Below are positions 50,302 through 51,688 of a stretch of DNA of 51,688 nt, one piece after another. The stretch comes from Lachnospiraceae bacterium (GTDB lineage Bacteria > Bacillota > Clostridia > Lachnospirales > Lachnospiraceae). Below the pieces are notes generated by a model. It was given only the letters and a program-made list of their open reading frames with translations. It had not been told where the DNA came from and searched no databases. How positions within the stretch are numbered: position 1 is the stretch's first letter; each line of letters opens with the position of its first letter. Location: the NCBI GenBank assembly GCA_017482945.1, contig JAFUMF010000093.1, positions 1 through 51,688 on the forward strand, given 5' to 3'. A program made the translations under genes and the position numbers.

Positions 50302-50364
50302 CACAGAGTTCCTCGCTAAAAACAAATTTTCCATGCAATTGGCTTTTTCATGAACCTGTTCGAG

Positions 50365-51688
50365 TTATTCTTGGACTGTAAAATCAAAAGAACAAATCCA
50401 GACAGGATTCTCTGCCTGCATCATATGATAAGTTCCAACTTTTTTCGAACGACTGATCTGTACTTGTACGATTTCTTCATTTGCAACTGGGCAGGTGCTG
50501 AGGATCTCCTTCATTTCACAGATGGTTTCCAGCGTCACTGCATTCATTACGATCCGCATGGTCGGATTTTTCTGATATAATACATTCAGGATTTCCTTCA
50601 TATGCTTCCCACTTCCGCCGATAAATGCATGGGACGGAACCGGAAGCTGCTCAAGGCCCTCCGGTGCCTCAGATTCCACTACTGTGATATTCTCCAGACC
50701 GAATTTTTCCTGATTCCTTCTGATCAATACTGCGGCATCTTTTTTTCTTTCGATTGCAAAAACCTGAATCTCATCAGAAAGCCCGGCCATCTCGATTGCA
50801 ATGGAACCGGTTCCGCTGCCGATATCATATACGACAGAGTTTTTGCGCAGATGCAGTTTACAAATACTGATTTCACGGACTTCCTCTTTTGTCATCGGAA
50901 CTTTGTCGCGGAAAAATTCTTCGTCCGGAGTTCCTTGAGATACCAGCCTTTTTACTGCAGCAGGATTTTTAATCATGCAGGTAATCAGGCCATCATACTG
51001 TGCTCTTTTACATTCTTCCGGTGTCAGTCTGACGATTTTTTCCTCCGGATAAGATAACTGGATTCCGGCAGTAATTTCGCATACTTCGAGGCCCTTCTTA
51101 ATCAGATCCTCACCCAGGTGACTCAAATCTCTGGCTCCGGTCATCAGTAGAAATGTCTTCGGATTTTCTGCAATTCTTCTTGCCAGATTTGTTACAGACC
51201 TTCCGTGAATACTAATAATTTCAGCATCCTGATAGCTCTCGCCAATACAGGAAGCAAGGTAGGAAACCGACGAAATTCCAGGCATGATCTGTAATTCTCC
51301 CTTGAGTTCACCGACTTTGATTGTCTCCGTTAATGCATGGTAAAGAGACCGGCATCCACTGTAAAATCCGCTGTCTCCGGAAAACAGGATGACAATCTTC
51401 AATGTATCCAGGCTCACTGCGTTTCTCTGTACTTCTTTTAAATACGGAATAATCTGGTCAGCTTTATAGTATGGATGCTTTTCCAGTCGCGGACTATATG
51501 GACGCAGCATTCGCTCTGCTCCTAGAAGGATGTCTGCACTCTGGATTGCTTCAGCCACATCCTTTGTCATACATCCCGGATTTCCCATTCCGATACCCGC
51601 CAAAGTAATCCATAACTGAGGTTCCTTACAGATCTTCATTCCAAGGATCTGCTCCAATTTCTGACAGATTTCAGAGAAGGAACCGTCT
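50365..51688 (-). CDS. cbiET: precorrin-6Y methyltransferase CbiE-CbiT fusion; frame open to window edge (5'-partial)
   Basis: GIGMG, SGDSGFYS, PGISS (CbiE); PMTKEEVR, DIGSGTGS (CbiT); upstream codons DGSFSEICQK contain no stop. Confidence 0.9.
   Translation of the reverse strand, partial: DGSFSEICQKLEQILGMKICKEPQLWITLAGIGMGNPGCMTKDVAEAIQSADILLGAERMLRPYSPRLEKHPYYKADQIIPYLKEVQRNAVSLDTLKIVILFSGDSGFYSGCRSLYHALTETIKVGELKGELQIMPGISSVSYLASCIGESYQDAEIISIHGRSVTNLARRIAENPKTFLLMTGARDLSHLGEDLIKKGLEVCEITAGIQLSYPEEKIVRLTPEECKRAQYDGLITCMIKNPAAVKRLVSQGTPDEEFFRDKVPMTKEEVREISICKLHLRKNSVVYDIGSGTGSIAIEMAGLSDEIQVFAIERKKDAAVLIRRNQEKFGLENITVVESEAPEGLEQLPVPSHAFIGGSGKHMKEILNVLYQKNPTMRIVMNAVTLETICEMKEILSTCPVANEEIVQVQISRSKKVGTYHMMQAENPVWICSFDFTVQE

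Overview
Chromosomal segment of a Clostridia bacterium, very probably Lachnospiraceae (L22 N-terminal extension, L17 insertion, ftsEX/CdaR/msmX synteny). Almost all genes lie on the minus strand. 1-17.1 kb is the S10-spc-alpha ribosomal cluster (rpsJ to a truncated rplQ), with long structured spacers and an in-frame 156-bp tandem duplication in rplQ. 17.1-26.2 kb holds the S41 protease, M23 hydrolase, ftsXE, a CdaR/PucR regulator, a catalytically degenerate MsmX-like ATPase, RidA, CvfB and an acyl-ACP thioesterase. 26.3-37.4 kb is the best candidate for an undescribed system: an 8-gene operon (BMP lipoprotein, nucleoside-type ABC transporter, nucleoside hydrolase, M20 deacylase, DUF1355-like protein, ribokinase) divergent from a LacI-ribokinase fusion regulator, with twin LacI-type operators. 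I infer it catabolises an N-acylated or otherwise modified nucleoside. The rest of the window holds tRNA-Gln, an RsgI-like protein, truA, mscL, glyA, recJ, a YgjP-like protein, a barstar/barnase-like lipoprotein pair, a probable group IIC intron 5' remnant, tRNA-Arg, two tandem AbgB-like amidohydrolases and cobalamin genes. A structured intergenic repeat with a variable central hairpin occurs three times. All calls come from reading motifs by eye; no searches were run.
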